The position numbers were made by a program, and so were the translations under genes. A stretch of DNA of 64,000 nucleotides from positions 11,408,001-11,472,000 of the forward strand of contig NC_043012.1 in assembly GCF_006345805.1 (NCBI RefSeq). The letters run 5' to 3'. Shown here piece after piece: positions 63,840-64,000 of this stretch. The notes beneath the pieces are model-generated. The model saw only the letters and a program-made list of their open reading frames with translations, made no database searches and was not told the origin of the DNA. How positions within the stretch are numbered: the first letter of the stretch is position 1; every line of letters starts with the position of its first letter. The DNA is from Octopus sinensis. Taxonomy: Eukaryota.

Positions 63840-64000
63840 GTCAGTCCACTTATAATTGTATACATGTAGCATTGATCTCCATGTTCCCTACATCTATGTG
63901 TGTATCTGTGTATATATTTGTAAGATTGCGAGTTTGATACGTGGTAGTACATTGTTTTTCTTGAGTAAGACACTTTGTTTCATGCTGCTCCAGCCCACTC

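Overview
AT-rich eukaryotic genomic DNA heavily loaded with microsatellites and tRNA-derived SINEs. The SINE families and repeat landscape point to a coleoid cephalopod, most likely Octopus (inference). Bases 1-29.6 kb hold no gene I can recognise: they contain a Helitron-like element carrying a piggyBac transposase fragment and a 14 x 116-bp array, plus SINEs, MITEs and palindromes. From about 29.7 kb there are three spliced genes: LRRC61 (+, 8 coding exons, 242 aa), ANAPC11/APC11 (-, 84 aa RING-H2 subunit of the APC/C) and the 5' part of DIS3L (+, PIN-domain exons, truncated by the window end). LRRC61 and ANAPC11 are convergent; ANAPC11 and DIS3L are head-to-head. Main result: the visible ANAPC11 exons are out of frame by exactly one nucleotide, and the 3-kb first intron contains a consensus-flanked single-nucleotide exon (minus strand tttcttttctgtattacag|G|gtgagt, position 52321). 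Including it restores the canonical 84-aa protein ([14 protein letters not shown]...), which parallels the 1-nt exon reported in plant APC11. Two further microexon candidates (7 nt and 20 nt, together 27 nt) lie in the same intron. Other notable signals are long hairpins in or between the genes and minimal hammerhead-ribozyme-like motifs in Penelope-type repeats. All calls were made by eye with no database searches.
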